Made by a program: the position numbers and the translations under genes. A stretch of DNA of 64,000 nucleotides from assembly GCA_030747695.1 (NCBI GenBank), contig JASLKG010000005.1, positions 24,599-88,598 on the forward strand. Reading direction: 5' to 3'. This document shows, piece by piece, positions 9,821 to 18,588 of the stretch (position 1 is the first letter of the stretch; each line of letters opens with the position of its first letter). The notes beneath the pieces are model-generated. The model had not been told where the DNA came from, did not search any database, and saw only the letters and a program-made list of their open reading frames with translations. This DNA comes from Candidatus Poseidoniaceae archaeon (GTDB lineage: Archaea; Thermoplasmatota; Poseidoniia; Poseidoniales; Poseidoniaceae).

Positions 9821-10303
9821 ATGGCAGCCAAGCCAAAAAAAGACCCACTCGCTAGTTTGATGGCATTGCCTGGCATAGGTAAAGCAACAGCAAAGAAATT
9901 ACATGACTCCGGAATAAAAAGTGCCGCAGCAATTGGAAAAGCCGGTGTAAAGGGTCTGAATAATGCTGGAATTAGTCCAGCAACAGCAAAGAAAATATTA
10001 GCAGCAGTTCCAAAGAAAAAAGCAGCATCAAAAGCCGCAGCAAAAAAGGTTGCATCAAAGGCTAAATCAACTGTAAAAAAGGCAGCAAAGAAAACCAAAT
10101 CCAAAGCTAAGAAAACTACAGCAGCGGCAAAAAAAGCAGCATCAAAAGCAACAGCGGCAGGGAAAAAGGTTGCAGAAAAAGTGATTACTGAAGCTGATGG
10201 TAGTAAAAGAGTAAAGAGTTCAAAATCCAAAGATGGAAGAAAAGGTAGTACTTTGAAAGTCCCTCGTAGTGTCAAAGATATGCCTTGGTTCCGTAAGAAA
10301 TGA
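9821..10303 (+). CDS. Tandem helix-hairpin-helix DNA-binding protein with a Lys/Ala-rich histone-H1-like C-terminal tail (the ORF could start at 9770)
   Basis: Two HhH motifs (LMALPGIGKATAKKL; LNNAGISPATAKKILAAV), then about 90 aa of AKKAA/KKxA repeats. GGTGA SD-like sequence 6 nt before the ATG at 9821. Confidence 0.7.
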   Translation: MAAKPKKDPLASLMALPGIGKATAKKLHDSGIKSAAAIGKAGVKGLNNAGISPATAKKILAAVPKKKAASKAAAKKVASKAKSTVKKAAKKTKSKAKKTTAAAKKAASKATAAGKKVAEKVITEADGSKRVKSSKSKDGRKGSTLKVPRSVKDMPWFRKK

Positions 10304-10350
10304 AAAAAATCACCGTTACATTGTAAGACCTTCACTTCTAGTAGCAATTT

Positions 10351-10533
10351 ATGCCTAGGAGGAAGTATGGTCGTTTACGAAAGACGGTAGAAATGCCTTC
10401 TAAGAGCAATTGCTCTCGTTGTAGATCAGGAAAACATTGTCCAATCGAAGGTCATGATGGGTATAATGTAAGCAGCCATCGCGAGTGGAGTGGGCCTTCA
10501 AAGATAGAAAAGAGAAAGAAAGCTAAATCATGA
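10351..10533 (+). CDS. Small basic Cys-rich protein (possible zinc finger), 60 aa
   Basis: CSRCRSGKHC motif, Lys/Arg-rich ends. Overlaps the 3' end of xerA convergently. Confidence 0.3.
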   Translation: MPRRKYGRLRKTVEMPSKSNCSRCRSGKHCPIEGHDGYNVSSHREWSGPSKIEKRKKAKS

Positions 10534-11412
10534 ATTCTCAGTGCTGTCTGCATCATTCATTTGTGCTCTACGATAAACTTCCCTTAGAGTCTGATCACTT
10601 ATCTCAAGGTAAACTCTTGTGGTTGCAATACTTGCATGCCCTAGTAATCTCTGAATACTAACCAAATCAGCCCCTCTTTCTAACAACCCAGTTGCGAAAT
10701 TGTGCCTCAATACGTGAGGGCTCAATCTTCCATTAGGAATTCCTGCCTCTTTGGCAATTTTATCCATAAGTCGTTGAACACCTCTGGGTAATAAATGAGT
10801 CCCAGAAGGCATTACTAGCAGATTATCACATACGGGATTTCTTGACTCCCTTACTGGGGACCATGCAGCAATACGTCCTAATGTAGCTTCAGTAAACAAG
10901 ACAAGGCGATCCTTTCCTCCTTTACCATCAATTACAATAGCAGAATGATCTTCCATATCAATATCAGAAAGTTTCAGATCACATAATTCTGAAACTCTTA
11001 ATCCTGTTTCAAGGATAATAGTAACCACTAAATCAGCCAAAGGGTCTTCACTACAAGAAGCAGCATCTCTAACTAAAGACAATTCTCTACTGGTAAGAGT
11101 TCTTGGTAGTTTTTTCCCACTCTTTGGACGAGTTAGATGTTCTGGCCATTTCTGCCCGAGCCAATTTATTAGATGATTAGCAGCAGCGAGTCTGGCTTTA
11201 ACTGTGGATGGAGATCTATCAGTGAGAGATTGAACCCATTGATCAAGTCTACCATTAAAGGGTTCCACTCTTTCTAGAACTTCTTCAACAGTAAGGCTTT
11301 CTCTTTCAGATTCAGATAGGATATTTTCTCCTTGTAATGGCGTTTCTAAGAGGTGTCTTATTGCAAGAAGATATGCTTTTTGAGTATTAACAGATTTGCC
11401 TTCAGTTCGCAT
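10528..11412 (-). CDS. xerA: Tyrosine site-specific recombinase, XerA/XerC/XerD family
   Basis: C-terminal catalytic R...HxxR...Y region (HVLRHNFATGLLERGADLVSIQRLLGHASIATTRVYLEI). Start set at the internal Met (MRTEGKSVNTQKAY...), which gives a typical 294 aa. The ORF track extends the frame to 11550. Confidence 0.8.
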   Translation of the reverse strand: MRTEGKSVNTQKAYLLAIRHLLETPLQGENILSESERESLTVEEVLERVEPFNGRLDQWVQSLTDRSPSTVKARLAAANHLINWLGQKWPEHLTRPKSGKKLPRTLTSRELSLVRDAASCSEDPLADLVVTIILETGLRVSELCDLKLSDIDMEDHSAIVIDGKGGKDRLVLFTEATLGRIAAWSPVRESRNPVCDNLLVMPSGTHLLPRGVQRLMDKIAKEAGIPNGRLSPHVLRHNFATGLLERGADLVSIQRLLGHASIATTRVYLEISDQTLREVYRRAQMNDADSTENS

Positions 11413-11550
11413 TTGATTTGTATAGCATGAAACCCATGGTAATTGGCCACGCGTAACAAGCCGTGGAGGCAGCTCTGGCCCATCATCATCTAGGCGCTGC
11501 TGCACTGTATTTTGCCTTGGCCTATATCGTCGTGTTCTCATTGGCGTCAC

Positions 11551-11645
11551 CGCCTACTCGCCGAGGCGAGCGTGCATCCCGTGTCCCGAAGGACAATACA
11601 CATACGAAAGTCACTTCTAATGAAGGCTTCGCGCGGAACCCCACA
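11551..11645 (-). ncRNA. GC-rich structured element (candidate small RNA or 5' leader) with UUCG and CUCG tetraloop hairpins on the minus strand
   Basis: Reverse strand reads GUCC-UUCG-GGAC and CUCGC-CUCG-GCGAG. Local GC is far above the surrounding AT-rich DNA. Lies between rimK-like stop and xerA start. Confidence 0.3.
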
Positions 11646-12830
11646 TTACACGTCTACATTACTACTAGAAAGCGCACTCACAGGAGGAAATTCAAGCAAT
11701 TTTCGCTTAATCGATGCTCTAAGCTGCTCTAAGTCACCATAACAAATTACAGAATCATGGAACCTTAGTTGCAATTCAGGTTCAGGATTCCAGATTAGTT
11801 TACCTGCGCGTGAAAGTGCAAATACAGGAATATCTCCTTTGAATAGATCATTGATTGGCCTTCCAATGAGGTGAGGATGGTTTCGCAAATGAACCGAAAG
11901 AACACCCTGTCCAGGAATAGTTCTCAGCAATTGGTCAACATTGACATCCGAAAAGTCTGATTCTCCAATTACATAATCAATAATTTCTCCAGCGACATTA
12001 ACACCACTTGCTTTTTCGATACCTTCAAGTCCAGGTGATGAATTAACTTCCAATACTAGTGGCCCATCATGCCCTTCAAGCAAATCAACCCCTGCCACAT
12101 TTAACCCTAATACGCGAGCAGCACGGCAGGCCACTTCTGCATATTCTTCTGTAATATCAACACTTTCAACAGTACCATTTAGATGAAAGTTAGAACGAAA
12201 TTCACGGCCCCTCGCCTTTCTTCTCATACATGCAACAACACGTCCTCCAACAACTAGTGCGCGTATATCTTTACCATGGCTTTCAGCAATGTACTCTTGG
12301 ATAAGAATAGCTTTACCAGTCATCAAAAGACCCTGTACTAAGTTTTTAGTTTCGTGTAGAGTATGACGTAGGAAGACCCCCTGCCCCTGAGTCCCTTGAG
12401 TAACTTTAACTACAGCTGGTAAACCTCCAACTGCATCAATCGCTCTTTCAATATCTTTCATATCTCGGACATAAGAGGTACGGGGAGTCGGAATTCTATT
12501 CCGTGCTAATATCTGTGAAGAGTGTAATTTGTCTCTACTTTGTAGTATTCCTTGACTGGAATTAGCAGTCCAAACTTCTAATTGTTCCAAATGACGTAGT
12601 ACCGAGACCCCGTGTTTTGTGATTGAATGCCCAATTCTTGGAATAACAGCATTATAATCAAATGTATTTCCCTGGTGCAATATACCTATTTCTTGTTCTG
12701 CAACAAACAGTGAAAATTGCATAGGATCAAGTACAGCAACATCGATGTCCCTCAATTTAGCTTCTTCAACTAGACGACGCGTACTGTATAACCGGGGCCC
12801 CCTGGATAATACCGCGAGTCTTGTCGCCAT
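11646..12830 (-). CDS. RimK-like ATP-grasp ligase (alpha-L-glutamate ligase family) fused to a C-terminal RCK/TrkA-C-like domain
   Basis: ATP-grasp signatures (AVVKVTQGTQGQGVF, LVLEVNSSPGLEGIE); 394 aa. Confidence 0.75.
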   Translation of the reverse strand: MATRLAVLSRGPRLYSTRRLVEEAKLRDIDVAVLDPMQFSLFVAEQEIGILHQGNTFDYNAVIPRIGHSITKHGVSVLRHLEQLEVWTANSSQGILQSRDKLHSSQILARNRIPTPRTSYVRDMKDIERAIDAVGGLPAVVKVTQGTQGQGVFLRHTLHETKNLVQGLLMTGKAILIQEYIAESHGKDIRALVVGGRVVACMRRKARGREFRSNFHLNGTVESVDITEEYAEVACRAARVLGLNVAGVDLLEGHDGPLVLEVNSSPGLEGIEKASGVNVAGEIIDYVIGESDFSDVNVDQLLRTIPGQGVLSVHLRNHPHLIGRPINDLFKGDIPVFALSRAGKLIWNPEPELQLRFHDSVICYGDLEQLRASIKRKLLEFPPVSALSSSNVDV

Positions 12831-12915
12831 GTTTGCTGCCGCCCCCCTTTCCTTTTTGAGTCCTTTGCTAATTTACCATCGTTTAATTCAAGTGAAGTGT
12901 GGTGATGGCAGAGCC

Positions 12916-13965
12916 ATGACCGAGCAGGAAATGGTGGAAAAAGCCCCTGTGAAAGAGAAAAAACCTTCCGAAACGATGTCACTCGAGGATAGAAAATCTG
13001 GCCTTAAAAAATCGCGTTGGAATGTATTCATGTATCTAGGTTTAGCAGCAATATTTTTTGCATTTGCTTTATTTCCATTCACCCATGAAATCTCTATGGA
13101 TGACAGATTTGGAGAAACACATACTGGGTATGTGTGGGGCATTCCATTAGCTGGAGAAGATTTTACAGATGTGCCAGCAGAAGTAACAATTACAATCAAT
13201 TCATTACCAGAATCAACAAGAGGTTTTGAAGTTGCAATGGTAGAGGGAGCATCTTGTGTAGATTCTACAGGTCTAATGAATCAAAAGTATACTGAAATGC
13301 AAACAGATCCAGAAAATCATTCCAATTATTATGCATATATTGATGATGTCGCACCAGGACAAGTACACAAAATCACAATGAATTTGGATCCAGGTACTTA
13401 TTGCATCAAGACGTTTGTAGATTCTAATAATGCAATAGGCGTAGATGCTGATGTAGAAGTGGCTACTTATCCTAATCAAATAATCTCAGGGGTGATAGGA
13501 ACATTTTGTCTTGCATTGTCTGGTTTTGCTTTTATTGGTGCTCAGAAACATGGCAAATATATCAAAAAATTAGTTGAGCCCAAGGAGAAAACGGTAGAAG
13601 AAACAGTCCTTTCTGAAACTGCGAATACAAGAATTGCGGCAGGGCCGGCAGGACCGCCACAAGTAGCAGGACCGTCAGGACCGCCACAAGTAGCAGGACC
13701 GTCAGGCCCGCCACAAGCAGAAGGGCCGGCAGGACCGCCACAAGCAGTAGGACCGGCAGGACCGCCACAAGCTGCTGAGCCAATAATTGACACACCTGAA
13801 GAATCAGTTGAAGAAGTAGAAGATCAGACAGAACACCCCGAAGATGTATTTGAAGACCAAGGCCACGGTTATTTCTTCCGAAAATACCCAGACGGAACGT
13901 ACGATCAAACCGTATATGTTGTAGAAGACGGAGAATATGTTCCGTATGTCGATCCTGATGAGTGA
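12916..13965 (+). CDS. Two-TM membrane protein with cytoplasmic collagen-like (G-P-x-G-P-P-Q) repeat and acidic C-terminus
   Basis: ATG at 12916 (MTEQEMVEK). TM helices at WNVFMYLGLAAIFFAFALF and IISGVIGTFCLALSGFAFIG. Five tandem 9-aa repeats AGPSGPPQV. The ORF track starts earlier at 12745, inside the rimK-like gene. Confidence 0.6.
   Translation: MTEQEMVEKAPVKEKKPSETMSLEDRKSGLKKSRWNVFMYLGLAAIFFAFALFPFTHEISMDDRFGETHTGYVWGIPLAGEDFTDVPAEVTITINSLPESTRGFEVAMVEGASCVDSTGLMNQKYTEMQTDPENHSNYYAYIDDVAPGQVHKITMNLDPGTYCIKTFVDSNNAIGVDADVEVATYPNQIISGVIGTFCLALSGFAFIGAQKHGKYIKKLVEPKEKTVEETVLSETANTRIAAGPAGPPQVAGPSGPPQVAGPSGPPQAEGPAGPPQAVGPAGPPQAAEPIIDTPEESVEEVEDQTEHPEDVFEDQGHGYFFRKYPDGTYDQTVYVVEDGEYVPYVDPDE
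13637..13771 (+). repeat. 5 x 27-nt near-perfect tandem repeat (gcaggaccgtcaggaccgccacaagta) encoding the collagen-like block
   Basis: Direct reading: units at 13637, 13664, 13691, 13718 and 13745. Confidence 0.85.
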
Positions 13966-13998
13966 ACGGCCCTGTAAGGGCCGCATATAGCCCCATCC

Positions 13999-16110
13999 TT
14001 GAAAGAGGGTGAGGTCTCCGTATGCAATGTAGGTGAGAATATGACCGACGACTTGTCGTCCCGTACTGTAGTGGCCCTGAAGGCAATGTGTAAGAAGCAC
14101 GGCCTGAAAACAACAGGGAAAAAAGCGGACATAGTCAAGCGTTTAGATGAACATTTGAACGAGGAATCCATCTCACTCGAAGAAGAAATAATTGATACAC
14201 CAAAAGAGGTAAAATCAAAATCAAAACCCAAAGAAGAAACAATTTCGCTTGAGGAAGAAGACGTTTTGGAAGCTGAAGTCTTAGAAGCAGAGATAGTTGA
14301 TATAATTCCTGAAGTTTCAAAAATCAAGAAAGATGATACTTATGTTCCGACATTAATTGATCAATTTAAAAATCCAAAAATCGCCGTAGTATTACTTTCA
14401 TTAATGTTAGCAGGGGGAGGTTGGTATTGGTATGCAAATAGCCAATTAGAGCCATTTACTCCTGATGATTTACGTTATGGAGACAGAATGACATTTTCAA
14501 TCGATGGCTTAGGCAGTAGTGGAGAAGGAATAGATGTAACTGATGGTTTTATTGATTTGGTGTTGGATAATTTTGAAACCGAAGAAGAAATTTGTAGATT
14601 AAAATTTACCTTTTCAGGAATTGGATCAAGCGCAGTTACAAAAGGGGGCTTAGATCAGTTGGAATTGGAGCCGGATAATTCTTTGGAGGGAGTTGTAGTA
14701 GCTAAAGGGGCTTATGGATTGGATTGGTTAACAGTTGAAAAGGAACATAACCACGATCTAGATTACGTTTTTATTGAACGATATAAACCAAAATTACTCA
14801 ATAATAACGAGTGTAATTCACAAGGAGCAGGAGTCGCAGGTGAAATGGATTTAACGACTAAAACTTGGACAGAGATTTCAGAACAAGATGTGATTTCAAC
14901 GAAGGCACAATATGCTATGGAAATTGATGGTTCAAGTTACCAAGGCACCACAGTATCTTACGGCATAGGAGGTATACTTGGGGCTTTAGAAAGCGTAACA
15001 CCAGGGGTTGCAATGATATTCTACCCTATCGAAATTCGTGAATTAATGGGAGCTACATTGATTGAAACTGGAGCTAATGGCAAGCATTTAGGCTGGGCCT
15101 GGAATGTTATTGGTCCAGATGAAATTGATGGAGAAAAGTTATGGAAAGTTTCACTTGAACACACTGAAATTTCCGAGAATTGTTTAGGACATGCAAGAAT
15201 TTCTATGTGGATTACAGAAGGCTCACCATGGGCAGTACGTCAGAATGTAGACGTCCATATTTCAGGTAAGGAAGGTGATAGGTCAGCATGTGGCACAGCA
15301 ACACAATTACTGGGAGACCTCATTCTTCCAGACGGAACAATGAAAATCAAGTTTGATATAGTTCAAAATACACTAACGCGAGGAAGCAAATTGCTTGATT
15401 TAGGAGATTCTTATGCATCTTATCCAAACGATGGAGGTTATGCTCCATCTAGTAGCCAATTATCAAATTGGGCATCTTATGATCTTCACCTTCCAGATAA
15501 TAGTAGCATGAGGGAGCATACTTTGGAGATGGCAGTATCTTGTGTTTCACAATTACAATCACAAGTGGTTGCAGCTAATGCTGCACTAAATGATGATGGA
15601 TATATTTGGAGAGCTATCGATGACCGTACTGGAGATGACACACGATGGAATCTTTCATGGGTAAGTAGTGACCCAAATTCAGGATGGGTTTTACTTGATG
15701 TATCAGGAAATGAATCCAATATCGGACAATGCACTTATGTTGATCATGGAAGTTATGATAACACAGTAGCACATAATCGAGATGATATCCCTGCTGCATT
15801 GAATATAACTATGCTAGAACAGGATATTACCGATTCAAGCCGTTATCCTGATTTAGTTGGCGATGAAAGGTTTTTCACATCCACAGGCCAGTATCATTCA
15901 GGCACACGTGTAGGACATCTTATTGTCACTCCAGATGGTGAATATACTGATTGGATAAACCGTTTGAATTCTGGAGATACAGGCGCGACAACACTTGATT
16001 TATCGCGCTCTTGGGATACGATGGGTTGGTCAAATTCATTGACTTTAGCAATGGATGCAACAACAGGACAACTAATTGGTTGGAATCATTTCAAGAGCAT
16101 GGAGGCTTAA
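13999..16110 (+). CDS. SAP-domain single-pass membrane protein with large (~570 aa) extracytoplasmic domain
   Basis: N-terminal SAP motif LSSRTVVALKAMCKKHGLKTTGKKADIVKRLDEHL, acidic linker, TM IAVVLLSLMLAGGGWYWYA, then a long Asn/Ser/Thr-rich ectodomain. Confidence 0.65.
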   Translation: MKEGEVSVCNVGENMTDDLSSRTVVALKAMCKKHGLKTTGKKADIVKRLDEHLNEESISLEEEIIDTPKEVKSKSKPKEETISLEEEDVLEAEVLEAEIVDIIPEVSKIKKDDTYVPTLIDQFKNPKIAVVLLSLMLAGGGWYWYANSQLEPFTPDDLRYGDRMTFSIDGLGSSGEGIDVTDGFIDLVLDNFETEEEICRLKFTFSGIGSSAVTKGGLDQLELEPDNSLEGVVVAKGAYGLDWLTVEKEHNHDLDYVFIERYKPKLLNNNECNSQGAGVAGEMDLTTKTWTEISEQDVISTKAQYAMEIDGSSYQGTTVSYGIGGILGALESVTPGVAMIFYPIEIRELMGATLIETGANGKHLGWAWNVIGPDEIDGEKLWKVSLEHTEISENCLGHARISMWITEGSPWAVRQNVDVHISGKEGDRSACGTATQLLGDLILPDGTMKIKFDIVQNTLTRGSKLLDLGDSYASYPNDGGYAPSSSQLSNWASYDLHLPDNSSMREHTLEMAVSCVSQLQSQVVAANAALNDDGYIWRAIDDRTGDDTRWNLSWVSSDPNSGWVLLDVSGNESNIGQCTYVDHGSYDNTVAHNRDDIPAALNITMLEQDITDSSRYPDLVGDERFFTSTGQYHSGTRVGHLIVTPDGEYTDWINRLNSGDTGATTLDLSRSWDTMGWSNSLTLAMDATTGQLIGWNHFKSMEA

Positions 16111-16111
16111 C

Positions 16112-16435
16112 ATGAGTAATCGTGACCTCGATCATCTGATTGAGCAAAATGAAACAGAATTAGGCTTTCTGTCAGCATACGGCGGAGGCGAATCTTCAGA
16201 AGAATTATTTGAGAAGATTTCCAAAATGGTTTCGAAAAATATGCGATTAAAAAATCATGAAGAGGGTGTGGAATTTTCGATGAGAGGAAAGTTACCATTG
16301 GTTTCGTCTGACATAAACCGGAGAGGTTTTCTTCATGGTAAATTAGATGATAAAGGTGTAAAAGTAGTAATTACAGACCTAGGTCCCGAGCAACTTCGCT
16401 TTATTGAAAGGCTGGTAGAATTCAATCACGATTGA
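16112..16435 (+). CDS. Small hypothetical cytoplasmic protein (107 aa), translationally coupled to the SAP-domain gene
   Basis: ATG at 16112 preceded by GGAGG at 16101-16105. Starts 2 nt after the upstream stop. Confidence 0.45.
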   Translation: MSNRDLDHLIEQNETELGFLSAYGGGESSEELFEKISKMVSKNMRLKNHEEGVEFSMRGKLPLVSSDINRRGFLHGKLDDKGVKVVITDLGPEQLRFIERLVEFNHD

Positions 16436-16994
16436 TGAATGCAGCAATCAAAATAGCGCCCATCGTCGCGATGGCTGTTATTGCAGGTAATTTTTCACTA
16501 CCTCCGTTAGATGAATCACATCCTTCACCACCCCAAGAACCTTCATAATACCAACAATTTGACCAGGTTTTGTAAAAACCAGAAGAAGGGAATCTTTCAG
16601 AATCATCGTTTTCATAAGTAGCTATAATCCTCCAATTTACGTATGAGTGATCATCGATTGTAGTTACAAATGATGTGAAAGTAACATTGTCATCAGATGT
16701 TAATGGTCGTTCTTCGGGAGGGAAACAAGTACCTTCATTATTGCAAATCTGTGTTGTAAGAGTAAATGTAGTACCATTATTTGCAGCATCATCAGTTAAT
16801 TTGAGAGATATCTCCCATTTCTCCAAGTCAGGAGTCCTTTGAGTATGGTCAATACTTTCGAAAATAGTTTCACCATCTTCAGGATCAATGTCTTCCCCTC
16901 CTACGTTTTCAGCACTAACATTTGGTAGCAATAGTAGTAATGTAATAAATCCACAAAGGATAGTTTTGTTGCAATTCATAATTCCATTTCCCAT
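16422..16994 (-). CDS. Secreted protein with C-terminal TM anchor, unknown function
   Basis: Signal peptide (ILCGFITLLLLLPNVSA), Cys-rich ectodomain, C-terminal LPAITAIATMGAILIAAF helix. Confidence 0.55.
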   Translation of the reverse strand: MGNGIMNCNKTILCGFITLLLLLPNVSAENVGGEDIDPEDGETIFESIDHTQRTPDLEKWEISLKLTDDAANNGTTFTLTTQICNNEGTCFPPEERPLTSDDNVTFTSFVTTIDDHSYVNWRIIATYENDDSERFPSSGFYKTWSNCWYYEGSWGGEGCDSSNGGSEKLPAITAIATMGAILIAAFINRD

Positions 16995-17485
16995 AACTCG
17001 TCACCAACCCAGTGAATGTTCTTCAGCCCCTTACCTTTTGTATTATTTACGAGGGATTTCCCATTTAACAGTGCCCATCCGATTGCAATTGGGCGTTTAT
17101 GATTTTGATCTCTTACCCAAACAAGATCTCCTTCACAAATTTCATCATCAGCTTCATGAATACCAGCAACCATACAATCCGCCCCTTTCATTAGAAAAGG
17201 AATTGCTCCGTGATCAATTTCTACAAATCGCTTTTCACAAGGATGTGAAATAAAACCCCGAAGAGTTAGGAAAACAACCCTTTCTTCTTGCAAATTTTCA
17301 AGTTCAACAGCCAAAGGAACTCTATCCACAAGTACCATTTTCCATGGCCCATAATCTGCCATTTCGAGAAATGCACCATCAACTGCAAGATCAATACCTA
17401 AGTTAGATTCTAGGTCTTTTAGCAACGGAGCAATATGCTTACGCCTTACAGGCCTCCTTTTTTTGATCTGCCACTCCTTCGCCAC
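16976..17485 (-). CDS. PUA-domain RNA-binding protein (archaeal MCT-1/Tma20-like)
   Basis: 169 aa; C-terminal PUA-like segment (MKGADCMVAGI...GDLVWV...PIAIGWA). Confidence 0.5.
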   Translation of the reverse strand: MAKEWQIKKRRPVRRKHIAPLLKDLESNLGIDLAVDGAFLEMADYGPWKMVLVDRVPLAVELENLQEERVVFLTLRGFISHPCEKRFVEIDHGAIPFLMKGADCMVAGIHEADDEICEGDLVWVRDQNHKRPIAIGWALLNGKSLVNNTKGKGLKNIHWVGDELWEMEL

Positions 17486-17540
17486 ATCAGGTCGTAAAAG
17501 TGAGTAGTATTGACCCTTGGGATTGAAGAACTAGGAATTA

Positions 17541-18122
17541 GTGCGGATGTACATGGATGTCTGGTGCGCCATCAGAACATATCCCAGTCATGCACAGGAA
17601 TTAGGTAATCAAACCCCAAAGGAACCAGTATTTTTCCTTAAACCAGAGTCTTCAATTATTCCATTTGGAAAAATAGATACTAGTTCTAATGACATCCATC
17701 ACGAAATAGAATTAGTATTGAAAATTGGTTTAGATGGAAATCCAGAAGCCATGGCAATAGGATTAGATTTGACTAAACGCAATGTACAAAATGAAATTAA
17801 AAAACAGGGATTACCTTGGTCCGAAGCAAAGGCATTCAAAGACTCCGCAATAATTGGAGAATGGATAGATTTTGATCATAGAGCAACATTTACTCTTTCT
17901 GTTAACGATACAATTAGGCAGCAAGGAGCATTGTCAAAAATGAGTTGGAATGTTTATGAATTAATCAACAAATTAAGTGAATGGGCGCCATTAAATCCCG
18001 GAGATATATTGTTTACAGGTACTCCAGAGGGGGTTGGGCCATTATTCAAGGGAGATGCAATTGTAGCGTCCCTATACATCGAAAATCAATGTATTATTGA
18101 ACAGCATGCTGAATGTGTATGA
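17541..18122 (+). CDS. Fumarylacetoacetate hydrolase (FAH)-family protein (2-keto-4-pentenoate hydratase-like)
   Basis: VWCAIRTYPSHAQELGNQTPKEPVFFLKP matches the FAH-family N-terminal signature. Confidence 0.75.
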   Translation: MRMYMDVWCAIRTYPSHAQELGNQTPKEPVFFLKPESSIIPFGKIDTSSNDIHHEIELVLKIGLDGNPEAMAIGLDLTKRNVQNEIKKQGLPWSEAKAFKDSAIIGEWIDFDHRATFTLSVNDTIRQQGALSKMSWNVYELINKLSEWAPLNPGDILFTGTPEGVGPLFKGDAIVASLYIENQCIIEQHAECV

Positions 18123-18176
18123 GCCATACCCTTCAAATATGAACGGCTGGTCGCCGTGGCGCTGGAGATAACAAAT

Positions 18177-18551
18177 ATGGCACAGTGGCATGGTTTTTCA
18201 CGTCGTAAGTCAACTGGTGGACGACGTGTTCTTTCACGTGGAAAGCGCAGTACAGAAATTTCAAGCGAAAAACAATTCGCACTCATAGGAGAACCAAAGC
18301 GTAAGATTTACCGTACGACTGGTGGGAAAACATTGGTACGTATTCTTTCTGATAACACCTGTTCGGTTGCTACCAAGAAAGGAAAAACAGTATCTGCAAC
18401 AGTAACTAATGTTGTAGAAAATGATGCTAATCCTAACTATATTCGACGTAACATTTTGACCAAAGGTGCAATAGTTGAAACTAGCGAAGGCCGAGTTCGA
18501 ATTACATCCCGCCCAGGGCATGATGGTGTCCTGAATGGCATTCAACTTTGA
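18177..18551 (+). CDS. rps8e: 30S ribosomal protein S8e
   Basis: MAQWHGFSRRKSTGGRR... canonical S8e start; 124 aa from ATG 18177. Confidence 0.9.
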   Translation: MAQWHGFSRRKSTGGRRVLSRGKRSTEISSEKQFALIGEPKRKIYRTTGGKTLVRILSDNTCSVATKKGKTVSATVTNVVENDANPNYIRRNILTKGAIVETSEGRVRITSRPGHDGVLNGIQL

Positions 18552-18588
18552 GCGAGCATTTCAATAATAGCCACGCCGAGGGCTCGAT

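Noticed and set aside
9754-10347. 197-aa minus-strand ORF antisense to the HhH/K-A-rich gene
   Set aside because: It is an artefact of the purine-rich, stop-poor repeat encoding the lysine/alanine tail. Its translation is poly-Ala/Phe nonsense.
10528-11550. Xer-type recombinase as a marker of an integrated mobile element
   Set aside because: Archaeal chromosomes carry a single housekeeping XerA of exactly this size. There is no adjacent tRNA, direct repeat or phage/plasmid gene, so it is treated as chromosomal dimer resolution.
13542-14327. Minus-strand ORFs 13542-13793, 13562-14113 and 13905-14327
   Set aside because: They are antisense to the collagen-like repeat and the SAP-domain gene start. 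Repetitive GC-rich codons suppress stops on the opposite strand.
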